Shown here: piece by piece, positions 15,080-28,185 of the stretch
Layout: every line of letters begins with the position of its first letter
Position numbering within the stretch: position 1 is the stretch's first letter
Source: Ophelia neglecta
Lineage: Eukaryota
Length of the DNA stretch: 64,000 bases
Direction: 5' to 3'
NCBI GenBank assembly: GCA_965285935.1
Contig: OZ260666.1
Coordinates: 45,942,001 to 46,006,000 of the forward strand
Notes under the pieces: model-generated
Seen by the model: the letters and a program-made list of their open reading frames with translations, nothing else
Told to the model about the DNA's origin: nothing
Databases searched by the model: none
Position numbers and translations under genes: made by a program

Positions 15080-15642
15080 CTGAAACTATATGTACACGTG
15101 CAGGTGAATTGTACATATTAAGGTAGGCTTTTCCCACTTGGCATACTGAAATAATACAAGCTGTAAATGAGCTTGTTAATTTATCATACACTGTACATCA
15201 AGCTGGATGTGTGCATGTGAATAGCTGTATTCGTTAACACTGATCAATCAAGCTTTTTCCTGAGGTGTCATTTAACAAATAGAACATAGTTCGATCAATG
15301 ACCTCTGTAGTTTGCACTGTTCATACTCACTTGCTTTACAGGCTGCTAAATCATAAATATTCGGGCAAAACAACAATTTAGCCATTTGTGATATTTCTTG
15401 GGGATTTCATATAAACTAAACGTATTCTAGTTTCTATATCTCTGGGTATTTATATTATTATGAAATGTTCAGCAAATGGTTGGGGTTTTCCAACATCAGT
15501 CTTACTGTAAATCACACACATAACACTGCCGGCAGGCACAGAATGTAGAAACCAACTGATCTAGTGTTTATCAGCGGGCATTCTGCATAATGGAATATAA
15601 TATTGAGATAAGACAAATCTTAGGGTAACATGAGCAACTTAC

Positions 15643-15956
15643 CAATGAGTTGAGGCTGGTCCTATCATATGTGTGAGTTACAATACAGAGTGCATAGATA
15701 CTTGCTGACTAGCGCCTGTCTCCACCAGAAGTGGCGATGCTCAATGCTCACACTGCCTTACTACAATGTACAAGCAGCGACACCACCAACAGCAGACCTC
15801 CAGGAAGCATTAGTGCAGTGGCCACTGAGGATTCTGAGTGCCTGTCCCTGAGGGGATACTGCAGGAGAAGGACGTGAAGCAAACTAGATGGTGAGCAAAC
15901 CACTAAGCCCTTAATGATAGACCTAGAGAGGTGTGCAACAGATTGCCGTCTAAACT
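15643..15956 (-). other. Predicted first (non-coding) exon of Elk
   Basis: Donor TTG|GTAAGT at 15642. GC-richer block bounded at its 5' end by an Inr-like TCAGTT and promoter motifs. Another good donor (CAA|GTGAGT) at 15330 may be an alternative. Confidence 0.5.
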
Positions 15957-16019
15957 GAACATTATCAAGGCTTGCACTGGCAACGGTAAACCTAGCAACA
16001 ACACTGATTGGTCCATTGG
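15953..16019 (-). promoter_or_regulatory. Putative Elk core promoter: Inr TCAGTT (+1 ~15956), two tandem RFX X-box-like motifs, two CCAAT boxes
   Basis: Minus-strand TCAGTT at 15958-15953. CTTGCACTGGCAAC (15971-15984; 11/14 to GTTGCCATGGCAAC) and GTAAACCTAGCAAC (15986-15999). CCAATCAG (core 16011-16007) and CCAATG (core 16019-16015), at about -51 to -63. Confidence 0.5.
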
Positions 16020-18703
16020 TCAACTTGGATGATTCATTGCATGTTTAAATTGCCCTTTTTATATGCTTGACAGACTGATGGCCTAATATGGAACAATGAA
16101 TAATTTCTGACAAGAATAAAAGTACTAAAACGGTGAAAAAAAAGGTAATAAATTGTTAATTAATAAACTAGGCAATTTATGCCTTGTAAGTTGTCTGAAT
16201 CTAGCACTCTGTGCTAGGACATTTATTAAAACACAAATGTATGTTTTTGGGAACAATTTATGATTAAACTTGCGCAATGAGTTAGTAATACATGCTGTAT
16301 GTAGTGTGAGTGGCTTGTTGTCATTCACCTACACTTACAACTCCCTACTGTACTTGGCAGAAAACCAGATTTTACATGCAATGCGTGGTCCTTCTGAGAA
16401 GATGGCTTAGACCATGCTGTTCCTTGACCGAGCTTAGGCTGGTCCATGTATGGTTACTGTGCCATATAATAAGGTAAGGCTCACAAAAAAAGGTGGGGAA
16501 AGTCATAACACTTGCAAATGAAGTGCTTTTAAGGGCCTTTATTCTCACCTTATATGTCCCTAGGGTGGTTTCAGAGAAGGCACTGCAGCTGAGTAACAGC
16601 ATTAACCTGTATGCCACAAGCTGAAACAGACCAGGGAAATGTACATGCCCATGATGGTTAAGGTTCTAACCCTGATGGCTGCCCAACAAGGATTACCTTT
16701 ATCAGATCAAAATAATGAATCCCTCCCCAATGACTCTACACCATTTAGGTACAGCTAATCAGTGGATAATATGTCCAGAATGTTAGGCCTATATGACTCA
16801 TAGGGACCAAACATGTGTACCTACATTTAAGAGTATACGAAAGTGCTGAAATCGGACTAGCTGTCACATATGAAGAGAAGCCATTTACTGAGTTCTGTTT
16901 TAACCAACTTAAAATGGCAATTTAAACTTATCCAGTTTGTACATACCAGCTATCATGTTCTGTCCATCAGGAACTCATTGGGAACTCCCACCACGTCTAA
17001 AATGAAGATAATATATGCGGAATTAACTAGTTGCTCACTCAACAAATAAATCTTCATCAACAATGAGAGTGCTGATGAGATGCAAACAAATATGTCCCAG
17101 TGATTTGCTCGGGGCTAGTACATGTGTATACTCATACTGACATCTTCACTCTGCTAAGTGTTTTTGCCTGGGACTAGCACTGGTAAATCCTCATTTTTCT
17201 GTCCTCATTCTGCTTGGTGATGTCCCCAACACTGACAAGGTAACAAGGAGCAATGGTCTCAGCAATAAAAATAACCTTCAGACTGTCCTCCTTGTGTTGT
17301 CATCAAATACACACACCTATTAGCACCCATAAATGTGTGTTATCACATTAAAACATCAGCCTTGAAGACCCACACAGCCTGTAGCTCCATCCTGTTCTAT
17401 ATCCATACACCGATATGAATTCTAGTGTATTTTGTGCATCTTTTCTGTGTCCACCAGGTAGGACACATTAAAGACACTTTATGATCCATGAGGCTTTATG
17501 ATCTATGCAAGTTTTGATGAAGCTAATCATTTTCAATGGGTTATCTGCTTATTTCAATAGTGTGAAATCATACCTATTTTACTGATGTGTAATTACCATT
17601 GGTTGTACTTATTTCAATCATTTGATCCCTTCACTCCGGTATTTAAACCAGACGGAATAAATATAAAGACTTTTTTGGCACAGGGCTTAATTCACCAATC
17701 TACCGGGCATTCACTCCAAAATTTCCAAGCAGGATGTATCCTCTTGATTCTATTTGCTGTTATTGCTCTTGGCTAATTAAGATTTTTGTGTTGAAGCTGC
17801 AAAAGGTGAAAAACACTTTGCATGTAGAATTTTTACATTTCCAATGAAATAAAATAATTTTGCAGCTTGATGAAAAACAACTATTTGTACTCCCCAACAC
17901 AGCACCAATTCAATTGTTTCCTTTCAAGTTGAAGGCAATAAGTCTCACAAGGAGATTACTGAAGCTGGCTGTTATAGACAGGAGAATATTGGACTGGGTG
18001 GAGGCAGTGTTGGGTAAAGGCTAATCTGCCAAAGCCGGAAGTTGCCGGCAATGCTAAGCCGATGAGCTCCGAACCTCAAGCACTGAATACACACAGGGAG
18101 AGGGATTCATCTCACTTACTATAATCAGCTGTGCCTGCTGGTCAGATGCAGTGACTTGAGCTCAGGACACAAAGGACTGAATGTTCATGTATAAGTACAT
18201 GATATTGTACAAGCTGGTCCAGAAGGTCAAGATCCTTAGTGTGGAAAGCGGATGCCATGATGTGCTACCAACTTAATGTATATTTCACAATTTTTTTGGT
18301 TTTGTTGCACAAACTTTGGAATAATTTTCTTCTTTGATGGCCGGTGGCTAGAATCAGTAAATTGATTGACATTTGCATCCATAGGGCAGAGCATATAAAC
18401 GGATGCATTTGTCAATAGCTACCATTATACTGGGAGTGGGCAGTCAAACCAACACAATGAAGCTGTTCAGCAGATAATAGCACATTAATAGTACACTCAG
18501 TATATACCATGTGTTTTAAAATTCATCACTGTCCACATAGTTATCCTTCTATGAGAGGCAAAATAGATCAGAGGTCCTGAACCAGGCAAAATCCAACACA
18601 AAAACAGATATCAACAATATATAGGAAGTTCACTCCCTGTTCACCCCGGAACGTACTAAAGGTTAGAGCTATAGGCCCAAAGAAGCCGCTTGTAGCTATA
18701 TAC

Positions 18704-18848
18704 CACCTGAATTACTGCTGCCAAATCAGTTGAGCTACTGCCCCTACACTAATAATCTATACTTGCAGCTGGGCAGGTGTGAACCTAGCTATCCTACAAC
18801 TGATCTGCCTGCAGACTTGCTGCAATTCCAGTAGCCTGGAGGCAACTG
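18704..18848. promoter_or_regulatory. Cluster of six E-boxes (candidate bHLH enhancer)
   Basis: CACCTG 18704, CAGTTG 18727, CAGCTG 18766, CAGGTG 18774, CAACTG 18797 and CAACTG 18843 within 145 bp. Confidence 0.35.
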
Positions 18849-19991
18849 GTGCACCAGCGAGGCTAACGGTTTTACAGTAGCTTAATCTGCAGTCATTTAT
18901 TTCTGCTGATGTCCAGCAGGCTGCTGCCCTGCTGCTCCTTGAGGAACTTCACATTAACTATTTATATTGAAATCTGCATTTACATCAATTTTAGAATGTT
19001 TTGTCCCCCACTTGACAAACAAATAGGCAGGCTCTATTTTAAAATATGAACCTAAGTGCATATACATATTAAAAAGTAATAGTCAATTTTAAAGGGTCAA
19101 ATATTACAGATATTCTGCTGCAAAAGGGCACAGTTACCATAATTTTGTGTGTGTTGTTTGTCTTATTATTAAATGTGGAATGATATTAATCCAAGGATAC
19201 CTGGCAGAGCTAAACCTGGCAGCTACTGGGATAACCTGAAGCTTAGATAATAGATACTGAATGATAATAAGAACTTCAGTGTTTTACAATTTATACTATG
19301 ATGTCATGATTATCAATTCAAACATTCATCTCTGATAGTTTAAATAAAAAGTTTCTCTTGCCTGCACGTGACATAAAGATGTTAAAAAAATTTTCAAGGC
19401 TTATACAAGGGAGTTGATTGCTTAGATACTTCTGGATTCAGTACTTTGTTTTCACCAGACAAACCACAAGTGGCTTCTCTTTGAGTAAATTAAGGGGCAT
19501 TTATCTGGACCCAGCTAAGTGTAACAAAACCTGCCAACAGTTAGAATACAAAGACTTGTTCAGATCAAATGCTTATGAGTAATGTACTCAGAGGCTTTGA
19601 GAGTTTAGATACAAAGTCAGTCTCACTATATCCCAAAGTACCAACTTTGACATATTTATGCATGCGATGGTAAAAACTTCCATGTTTGCATAGTTTTCGA
19701 TAGGACATCTGCCTACTTAAATTTATTTCCTTACCTTTGTGGGCTGCTGAATTTGATCAAATTCTTTGCAATTGCATGCTTAAATTATTGATCAGTTGCT
19801 GGTTGAAGCAACTGTTGTCACTGAGTACTTCTGAAGTTAACATAGAACAAAAAGAGGAAGAGCTACACTATACAAAGTATACATACATATACATATACAA
19901 TGAAAGCCCCACCTGATCTGTATGCATTGACATGTTATGATTACCATTCTTAAGTAGATACAACTTATAGCAGTTATGAGATAAGACATTT

Positions 19992-20127
19992 GGTGCCCTA
20001 TGGCTGAGTGGTCTAGACTGAGCACGTTGTTTGTCATGGACCCTGTGTACCAGGGTAATTGAGTTGCTTAGACAAAGTCCCTGATTGAGTTAAACTCTCT
20101 TTCACATGGGATCAAGAATGGATGAGT
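19992..20127 (+). mobile_element. Degraded tRNA-derived SINE
   Basis: tRNA-like head GGTGCCCTATGGCTGAGTGGTCTAG with A-box TGGCTGAGTGG (20001-20011). The downstream CTTAGACAAAGTCCCT...CTCTCT...AAGAATGG loosely resembles a SINE core. The B-box is not recognisable. Confidence 0.4.
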
Positions 20128-22340
20128 TTGTTTCCCCAGGAAGCTCATAGTTCATGCCACAAATTAGCTCATATCACCATTTTTGTAAACTTATGGCATG
20201 GGCACACAATGTTCAATCCAAATTGAATTCAACCATTTTTTTTATACACATATGTATATGTACATGTACACACCGGAATAAGAAAACAGAGAAATACAGC
20301 TGATCATAAATCATTCATAACGTTATTTATGTTAAATTTTGTACTCACTTAAATAATAGAACATGCTCTGTTTGCCATAAAGTTTCCTAGCGGAACTTTT
20401 CTTTACCTTCATATAGCCAGTGTTGATATTAAGATTGTGTCTAGTGTGACAAAGTCACTGCTCTGGATTAAGGCAGTCGCTTGGTAATAGAATATTTTTT
20501 TCTGTAGACATTAATGGCTCTTTGGGAAGGTTAAAAGCATGCTCTGTGAATGTTAACAAGGCAGTGGGTAGGTATGAATAAGGTATTAAGAGGCTTCCCG
20601 GTGGACATGTGGCCACTATATCAATCCACAAATGGATGCCATTTAATACACCGTGATCAAGAAATTATCAATGACCTCTAAATCAATACCGTTACAAATT
20701 AACAAATTAAAATCAATTATACATGTATTTATACTGGCCCACTGAATTAAATGTTGAGTATAATTCAAGGTTCTGATGTATAGACAAGGTTTGTATAGAG
20801 AGGGCTGGGTAGGTGTAATGGGTGTCAATTGTCATTTTCTTGAATTGTCAATTGATGAATGGGACTTGAGCAAAACATCCCACAGCTTAAGAAGTGACAT
20901 GCAGACAGCTATTGATTGTGCCCCACTCGACCCTGGTAGGGGTCCCTTGACCCCCCAAATGACCCTGTTAGGGGTCCCACAGGAGCTGAGTGATCTGTTG
21001 GTGTGAACTCTGAATAATTGATAACGAGAATGGTGCGCTGGCAATCTGACATGAGTTTCTTCACCTAGGTAGATCCTAAAGATAATATTAACCTGGGGCA
21101 AAAATGCTGTTGCATTTAATTTTGGGCAAGATAGATTTTAAAGGCACTAGTGATTAATGCATGATGCTTAAATGTTTTTTTATTTATTTTTTGACAAGAT
21201 CTTAAATCCTATGAATTATTACAGACTTCCATATTAAAGTTCAGATATAAAATTGCACACTTATGCATAATTTAATTTACAATTCCACATGCAATATGCA
21301 CATTATAAAGTCAAATCTATACTCAATGAAACAAACTATTGACCACTTTGATGGCTTGTTCGTAGGCGGTGGTCCATTTTCAGTAGCAAAATAAATATAC
21401 ATGTACATGCATGCACACCGTACCTGCAATAAGTTTATGTAATAAGAGCTTCTGAAGAGAATTCAGTAGATGCAGTTTTGCTTATGGGAATTTCCTGTTT
21501 GACCTTAAAAGTCAAGGTCCCCATGCAGATTAAGGTTATTGTTTACACTTTACAGTTTCATTTTTAAAGAAAAAGAATTGTCAAAAGTCAAAACAATAAT
21601 GTCTGCATAATCAGAAACTTTATCAGAATCAGATCAACTTGAAAACAACTGCTCTAAATATTTTCTAGTTAGTAAATTTCAAATCTGTGACTGTGATCTG
21701 TTTCTTTGCTCACACTCCATCCCACAAATGCCATATGGCTTGGTCACCAAGCAAACCATAATGGTGTAATCTAATGTTTGGTAAAACATACAGGAAATGT
21801 TTCAGAACAGGCTTCTTACATTCAGAAAGGTAAAACATTGCGCATGGCTGCCAGCAAATACAGAAAATTACTTTTCAAACTGTAGGTTTTTAGTTAAAAT
21901 TCCACAATTTCAGTCAAATGTATAGGGACCCTGAATTTTGATCACACACATGCTACATAGCAATAGAATTTTAATCGAAAAAACAATGCATACTCTTTGA
22001 TTCGAGTTTATCTAACAAAATAAGGTTTGCCTATCCTATATTTCTTCATTTTGTACATACATGTACGCATATGTAATGCATTTTATAATGGTGACCACGC
22101 ATGGAAACAAGGCAGGTATGGAGCATCTGGTGAAACTCCATGTCATATAAACTCACTGGACACCTTACAGTTTACCTTTTTTTAATGGAAGTAACATACC
22201 TATTTGAAGCATTATGAAATCAAGAATTTTTTGGCTAAATATGTTTTAATTAAATGATTTTGCAATGATGGGTGATTTGATTATTTTTTCCTTTTATGTC
22301 CCTGTTCTATATGGACCAAGCCTATAAAGCCATTTATGAG

Positions 22341-22545
22341 ATCAAATTTCCTAGGATTAGTGACGACCTCTAAGCTTAGATGTGCCATACCAGCTATTTT
22401 TGTATGAAATTTTATGTATGAAATGCTGTATGTGCTAGAATTAATTTAACAGATCTGTGGGGGGGAACTACCAAACACATGCAGCTTAACTTATGATGTT
22501 TAACCATTTTCATTCCAAAAAAAAATCCTGAGCACTGGCAAAATT
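22341..22545 (+). repeat. Dispersed repeat, copy 1 (paralogous to 49406-49535)
   Basis: Shares ATCAAATTTCCTAGGATT, CTTAGATGTGCCATA..CAGCTAT and TTAACCATTTT..ATTC blocks with 49406-49535. Confidence 0.7.
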
Positions 22546-25500
22546 TACTTTTTTACATGGCACCTAGATGGCTGTCTGCCTTGATTACAGGTAGGTTTGA
22601 GCAAGGTAACAGTGCCTGATGCCATTTTTTCACAGCATTGTATGACATCACAGATATATTAAGTGTGGTGACATAATTCTTTTATCATGTTTAACAAAAT
22701 GTGACACTTTTGGCTGTGATCCTGCCTTGTTTCCTCGAGCATGGAAGGTGCTCTGAATACAATACACTGTGCACTTCATGGCTTCAATATCAGTCATTGG
22801 TGCTTCAGGAAATTACTTTCTGAAACTTTTCTTAATCATATTATTGTTAAGGCAGTACCTTTTTTATTCTTAGCATATATTGTATAGATGGTGGCGTGTT
22901 TGCAAACCTGCCAAGACAGGCATACAAAAAATACTTAGTGCTTAGTTCTGTAGCATCATATGCAACTTATGATTATCAAAAGGTTCTGAAATTAATAGTC
23001 AGAATTATTTAGCTACAGTTCGCAGCAGGGTTTGAAAGACATTATCATTGTCCACACCCGATATATTATTGGGCCTGAATGTTTACATCAGTGCATTTGG
23101 TTAATTACCGGTACTGAATTTTTCAATTCTTACTAGACTCCCTGATGCAAGCAGATAATTAGCTGGCCTATCCTAGACCAGGGCACTGTCCTCCCTTATA
23201 TGGGAGAAGAACAGACAGTAGAGGCACAGGACTAGGTCAAGGCCAATCCAGAGGCTCAAAAAGTATTTGACAAGTCACTGCCTACTACAGTTCACCTCAT
23301 GCCCCTTTCTTCTGCTGCAGGCTAATCCCACAAAATAATGACCAGATGAGTGTGTTTCTTTGCACACCCTCCCACCCTCAAAAGGATGTTATTGTCTATT
23401 ACGATGGCTTTGCCTTCCCCACAGATTCTTTCCTTGTTTGTTCAGTTTCTTGAAATGTTTTTGCAACAACTGTACCTTGATTTAGGTTGGTCTTATAACT
23501 CCAGCGGCTCACTAAATATTTTAGAAGTGAAGCTACTAACTATAAATATGAACATGTATATATATTTTTTATTGCAACACTTTAAGACAACTCTTCTTGT
23601 ATATTTCATGTTCTTCTGCTGTTAGTCAATACATTCTTTTCTGCTAATTTAAGCCAAAGACATGACAACTGTTTCAGGGGAATTATTTCATTGAGGTAGC
23701 CTGGCTTCTCGAAATTAAACCATAAAAATGATGCTTAGTTGTAATTGATATGCTCATTATAAATTAATGACAGCTTTAAAGTAAAATCATAAAATAATAA
23801 GTTAATTATTAGTAATGACAATTTAACAGGCAAAGTGAAACAATATATTGATTAAACATTTGATATATAAAATCGTGTGAGGGTATAACCTGCCCTAGAA
23901 TGAGAAACAGTAAGTAGTGGCACAAGAGACAGAATGTCCATTGATCAATTAGTAAATACAGGATGTCCATTAAGGCTAAATATCATATTAAAGTGGAAAC
24001 CATATAATAGCAATATGCAGAAAATACATAAAATACATGTAGTCTGCTTTAAAGCCCAAGTGGAAGAACAAGTTTACAATTTAATAATCAATTAATACGT
24101 GAAATAGATTGCTTAAGGACAGGTAATTAGGGTGAACCATGAATATATTATCTATTTGGCAGGCCCACCCAGCAGTGAGAAGGAAGGAGGGTGGGTAACA
24201 TTGGTAAGCAGGCAGCAGTGGGGCTGAGAGTGAAAATCTTGAGAGCTGTAAGAGTATGTCTTGAACCTGCTGGCTTGCTGAAACAAGAGCCCGCCCATGG
24301 CTCTGATAGTCAAATGGTAATTAGGAGTTCCCCCAGAAAGGCCAAGCAGAGGCCACAGATGAAGCTGGGAGGCAGCTTACCACAAAGCTATTTGTTGTAC
24401 AAATATCGATATAGAATGAATGGGATAAGGGGTTTAATAAAATGTTTTGTTATGAGAGGGAGCAATGTTCAAACTATGAATGTTGGAATGATATGGACGC
24501 ATTAAATATAAAATATAAAGCACAGCTTAATTATTATTACACAAACACTGGTTGAAAGATAAGTGATGTGCATGTACAATACTGCTATATATCAAATGAA
24601 TGGTACACACAGAAACATGTCCAAGAAAGCATTATATGAAGCCCATATGTTTAAAACAAACTCTCTTTTCCTATAATATAATATTCATTTGCTACATTTA
24701 AATTGTTGTGCATGGTTTAGTGAAATTAGATATAAACAGAGTATTTGTTCAATTTTTATTCATATAGTTCCAATAATCCTAACCCATTGTCTTAAAACTT
24801 TTCTCAGTGTCAGGTGCAATGAAGGATATATAAACTATATCCAATTGGGTGGAGGCAATATTGACAATTAAGGCTTTATTGTTTTCCAAATCCACATAAC
24901 AGCAGTAGAATATGGCTTTTATTTTATTAGTAAGCACCAAAATTTAAACTCACACCTAGCTAGTGCCTTATATTGCCAGGAAATGACACCATGAAAACCG
25001 AATTTAGAAACATTAACACAAAATATCATTTGAGTTTAACATGTAGATATTTCTAGGTTTAACATAGTAATTAACTGGTTAATTTTAAAATAAGTTAAAT
25101 TAAAGTCTCCAGCTAATATTACATGTCAATTGAGTTAAAATTCATGTCAGCAAGTGACATAATATTGACTTGAAAGCAAAAGTAAAGGGGTTTTAGGGGT
25201 AGAAACTTCTCATTAGTTGATTAAGACACACAAGATTACCATTAAAATGATAGTAGTGGACTTCCTAATAGTTGTCAAATCTGACTGGAGGCTATCTATT
25301 TAAAAAGAAATATACCGAAAGATATGAAAAAAGTCATTAACAATACATTATTAAAGAATAATTATGTGTTCAATTTCAGTTCTTTTGCTCATCCCATTAT
25401 CACTATGTGGTATTTCCAAAACATTACTTCTATGACCTCAAAATGACAGGAAAGCAGGACTTTCTTTACATCCATAGCTTGTAAAGGATGCACAGAATCC

Positions 25501-25559
25501 CAAGGACTACATTCATTAAGAAATTGAAAAAATGTGTTTGTTTTCCAATGAATCCTATT

Positions 25560-26600
25560 ATATACATGCACCAAATTTCAGACCTTAACCTTGTCCCTTT
25601 GTCACAGTGCTTTATTTCCAAAACTAAATTTACATTCAAAGCGATGAAATGACTGGAAAGCAGGTTTATTAAAACATTTAGCTTGTAAATAAATGCTGGG
25701 CATATTCGCAAGAGCTACCTTCATGGCAAATTTCAGAGCTCTTTCCCTAGTGAGTTAGTATTAAAAAAATGTGAAATCCTTTTACATACATGGTTAATGG
25801 GCATGATTCAGTCAAAAGCTGATTAGGGACCTCTAAGGTAACATTTAAAAAAATGATGTCACTTTGACCTTGACAATGATACCCAAGGTCAAATATGAGA
25901 TATTCATTAAATTCCTAGCATAGGACTGAGATTTCAGTACATCTGATATGTCTTACTATCACTGTTAGCTAGATAAACTGGCAATAAAAAGTCTCTTTTG
26001 ACCTTGAAAAAAGACCCAAGGTCAAACTCAAGGTCACCTCTTGATTCCTTGTAATGATTTTCTATTAGTGGTCAAAACAGTTTAATTATTGTAAAAACAT
26101 TTTACTTCTGTTATGCACCATTAAGGATTTACCAATCAAAATAAATCCATAATTTCTACTTGACCTTGAAAATGAAGATAAAGGTCAAACTCAAAGTCAT
26201 AACTGGATTCCTTGTATATGATGTCCTATAAGTGGTCCACACATCCATTTCTACATGCATCTTGCAATGATAGCTTTTTAGACTGGCAATGCAGTGTCTC
26301 GATTTGACCTAAGGTCATATTCGAGGTAACAAACTGGACTCCTCAATTGCCTATGATTTCGTATTAGTGTTCAATACATTTGATATGCCTATCTCACATC
26401 GTTAGGCCTTAACAAGATAACATTTTCAACATTGTATAATGATTGCCCGTGGCAGTCGTTTTGTTTATTTGGTCAAGCCCAAAATCTTTACAAGTCAGCG
26501 CGAATATCCATTAAAAATTCCAATAAAGTTGTAAAATTATTCTCATAACGGATCAAGAGATATTGCTTCCCAGTTTACAAGACATTTTTTCCCCTCTGGA
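25560..26600. repeat. Old interspersed repeat with about 4 degenerate ~140-160 bp internal units rich in TGACCTTGA/AAGGTCA (possibly non-autonomous Helentron-type)
   Basis: TTGACCT..(C)AAGGTCA..GATTCCT..ATGAT..TATTAGTGGTC blocks recur at about 25865, 25998, 26160 and 26304, with AAATTTCAGA motifs upstream. Boundaries are approximate. Confidence 0.55.
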
Positions 26601-26730
26601 CTTTTTTAAATACCTTTTTGAGGAAAAAATGTGTCAGTCACCTATGCTTTAGTTTAACATGTAGGACCTGCATGTAGAATATAACCTAAGACTGACAGCT
26701 TGACAGCTACATGTACAGTACATGTAGGCA

Positions 26731-26985
26731 TTCTTCACTGACAATGCCAACTTTTACTGACATTACCCTTTCACTGCCAATGTCGACTTTTGTCAACAAT
26801 ATTTTTCCTTGCTATTTGTGATGTCACACCAAGTAGCACAACAAGTACAGTTACTATGGCAACCCCCAGAAAATTACATATGTAGCTAAACAAGTTACCT
26901 ACGAAATGTCGAAGTTAATACCGATACTATGAATAGATTAATAACATGTTGACAAAACAAAGTTAAATGCATCTAAAAATTTAAT
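26731..26985 (+). mobile_element. Truncated copy of the piggyBac-like MITE at 47166-47498
   Basis: Shares ACCCTTTCA.TGCCAATGTCGACTTTTGTCAAC, AGTTACTATGGCAA and CATATGTA..TAAACA.GTTACCTA with the 47.2 kb copy. The 3' TIR is absent. Confidence 0.7.
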
Positions 26986-28185
26986 GACACTGAAGTCACC
27001 AGCTCGGTGCAACATGGGGTTTCTTCCCATCAAAGGAAAGGCAGAAAGCAACATCTGGCTGCTGAACACACCTCCGAGAAGACCTATCTCATCCTATCTT
27101 AACTCAACCCCCTTTAAGACCATTCAAGTGTGATGGGAGCTATTATCCATGTGCTAAGTAAATAACACTTATTACATATGAAGCACTCCCTGCATTGGCT
27201 TTAAACAACCACATACATACACATGATTGTAAAGACAGAGCTGCAATCATAAAGCTGAAATATGACTATAGCCTCAATGTTATTTGTTAACACACTATTC
27301 TCAAGGCCATTAAGCATCATGTTCTGATAAAAATATTTCTTTTGAAAACCACAAAGAAAATATGTGGGTAACAATTGACAGAGTGAAAACTAAATGCCTA
27401 ACCAGTTCATATGCCATCATGCCTCATCAGGTGCTGCAATGTTGGTAAATCTTCTAATATTAATTCAGCATTGTAAAATAAAAGAAGCAAACAGGACTCG
27501 CTGACTTTTTGCTGTAATAATTACACATTGACATGTAATGTATACTCATAAGACCTATATGTAGGCTGGTGGAAACCTGTCCTAGATTTAAATCCTGCTA
27601 TCCACTTTATTCAAGCTCTCCAATCAGAAATAGTTCAGAGAAGAGGAATTAATATCTGCTGTTGTTGTCCCGCTAATCATCTCTGCTGAGCAGCGGATGG
27701 AGCCCAACTCCCAATAAAGGAAGGCTTCTTGAGGCAGGATGAAAATGACAAGCATCAATTGTGAAAAAGAGCAGACAAGATTAAAGGCAGGGAGGCCCCA
27801 GACAGCGTATCAGGAAGCAGCCAGGTAACACAATACCTCCATCTTTGTGCTCCTAGTGGAGAAGAAGGATGTGAACTTTACATGTAGGCTGCACATCCTG
27901 TGCCACCACTTAACTCTTTCTGCTTTGTCCACAGTATATGTCATGGGAGACAACAACCTGTTGCAATTGGAGAATTTAGCCACCCTGTGGGTTCAATTCA
28001 AAAGGCCATGACATTAAGCTGCCTCAAATTGAGTGGCTTTATTTCACAAATAATCTGCTTTGCACGGTCAAAAATATCTCAAAATGGTCCATCCATAATA
28101 TTTCTTCTTATAGTGGCTAGCAATTTACTTCGAATGGGGGGTTTTCAAGTTGTCCATTCATTATTGCAAACACAAACCATGCTTT

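Noticed and set aside
15748-16023. 91-aa minus-strand ORF over the promoter
   Set aside because: It has a non-ATG start upstream of the predicted TSS and no homology. Only its last 20 codons (from ATG 15810) could be a uORF.
19195-19208. GGATACCTGGCAGA (also ~30591), resembling the U1 snRNA 5' end
   Set aside because: It lacks ATACTTACCTG, the U1 stem-loops and an Sm site.
23194-23203. Perfect CArG boxes (CCTTATATGG here, CCATATTTGG at ~6072)
   Set aside because: They are isolated and expected by chance in AT-rich sequence of this length.
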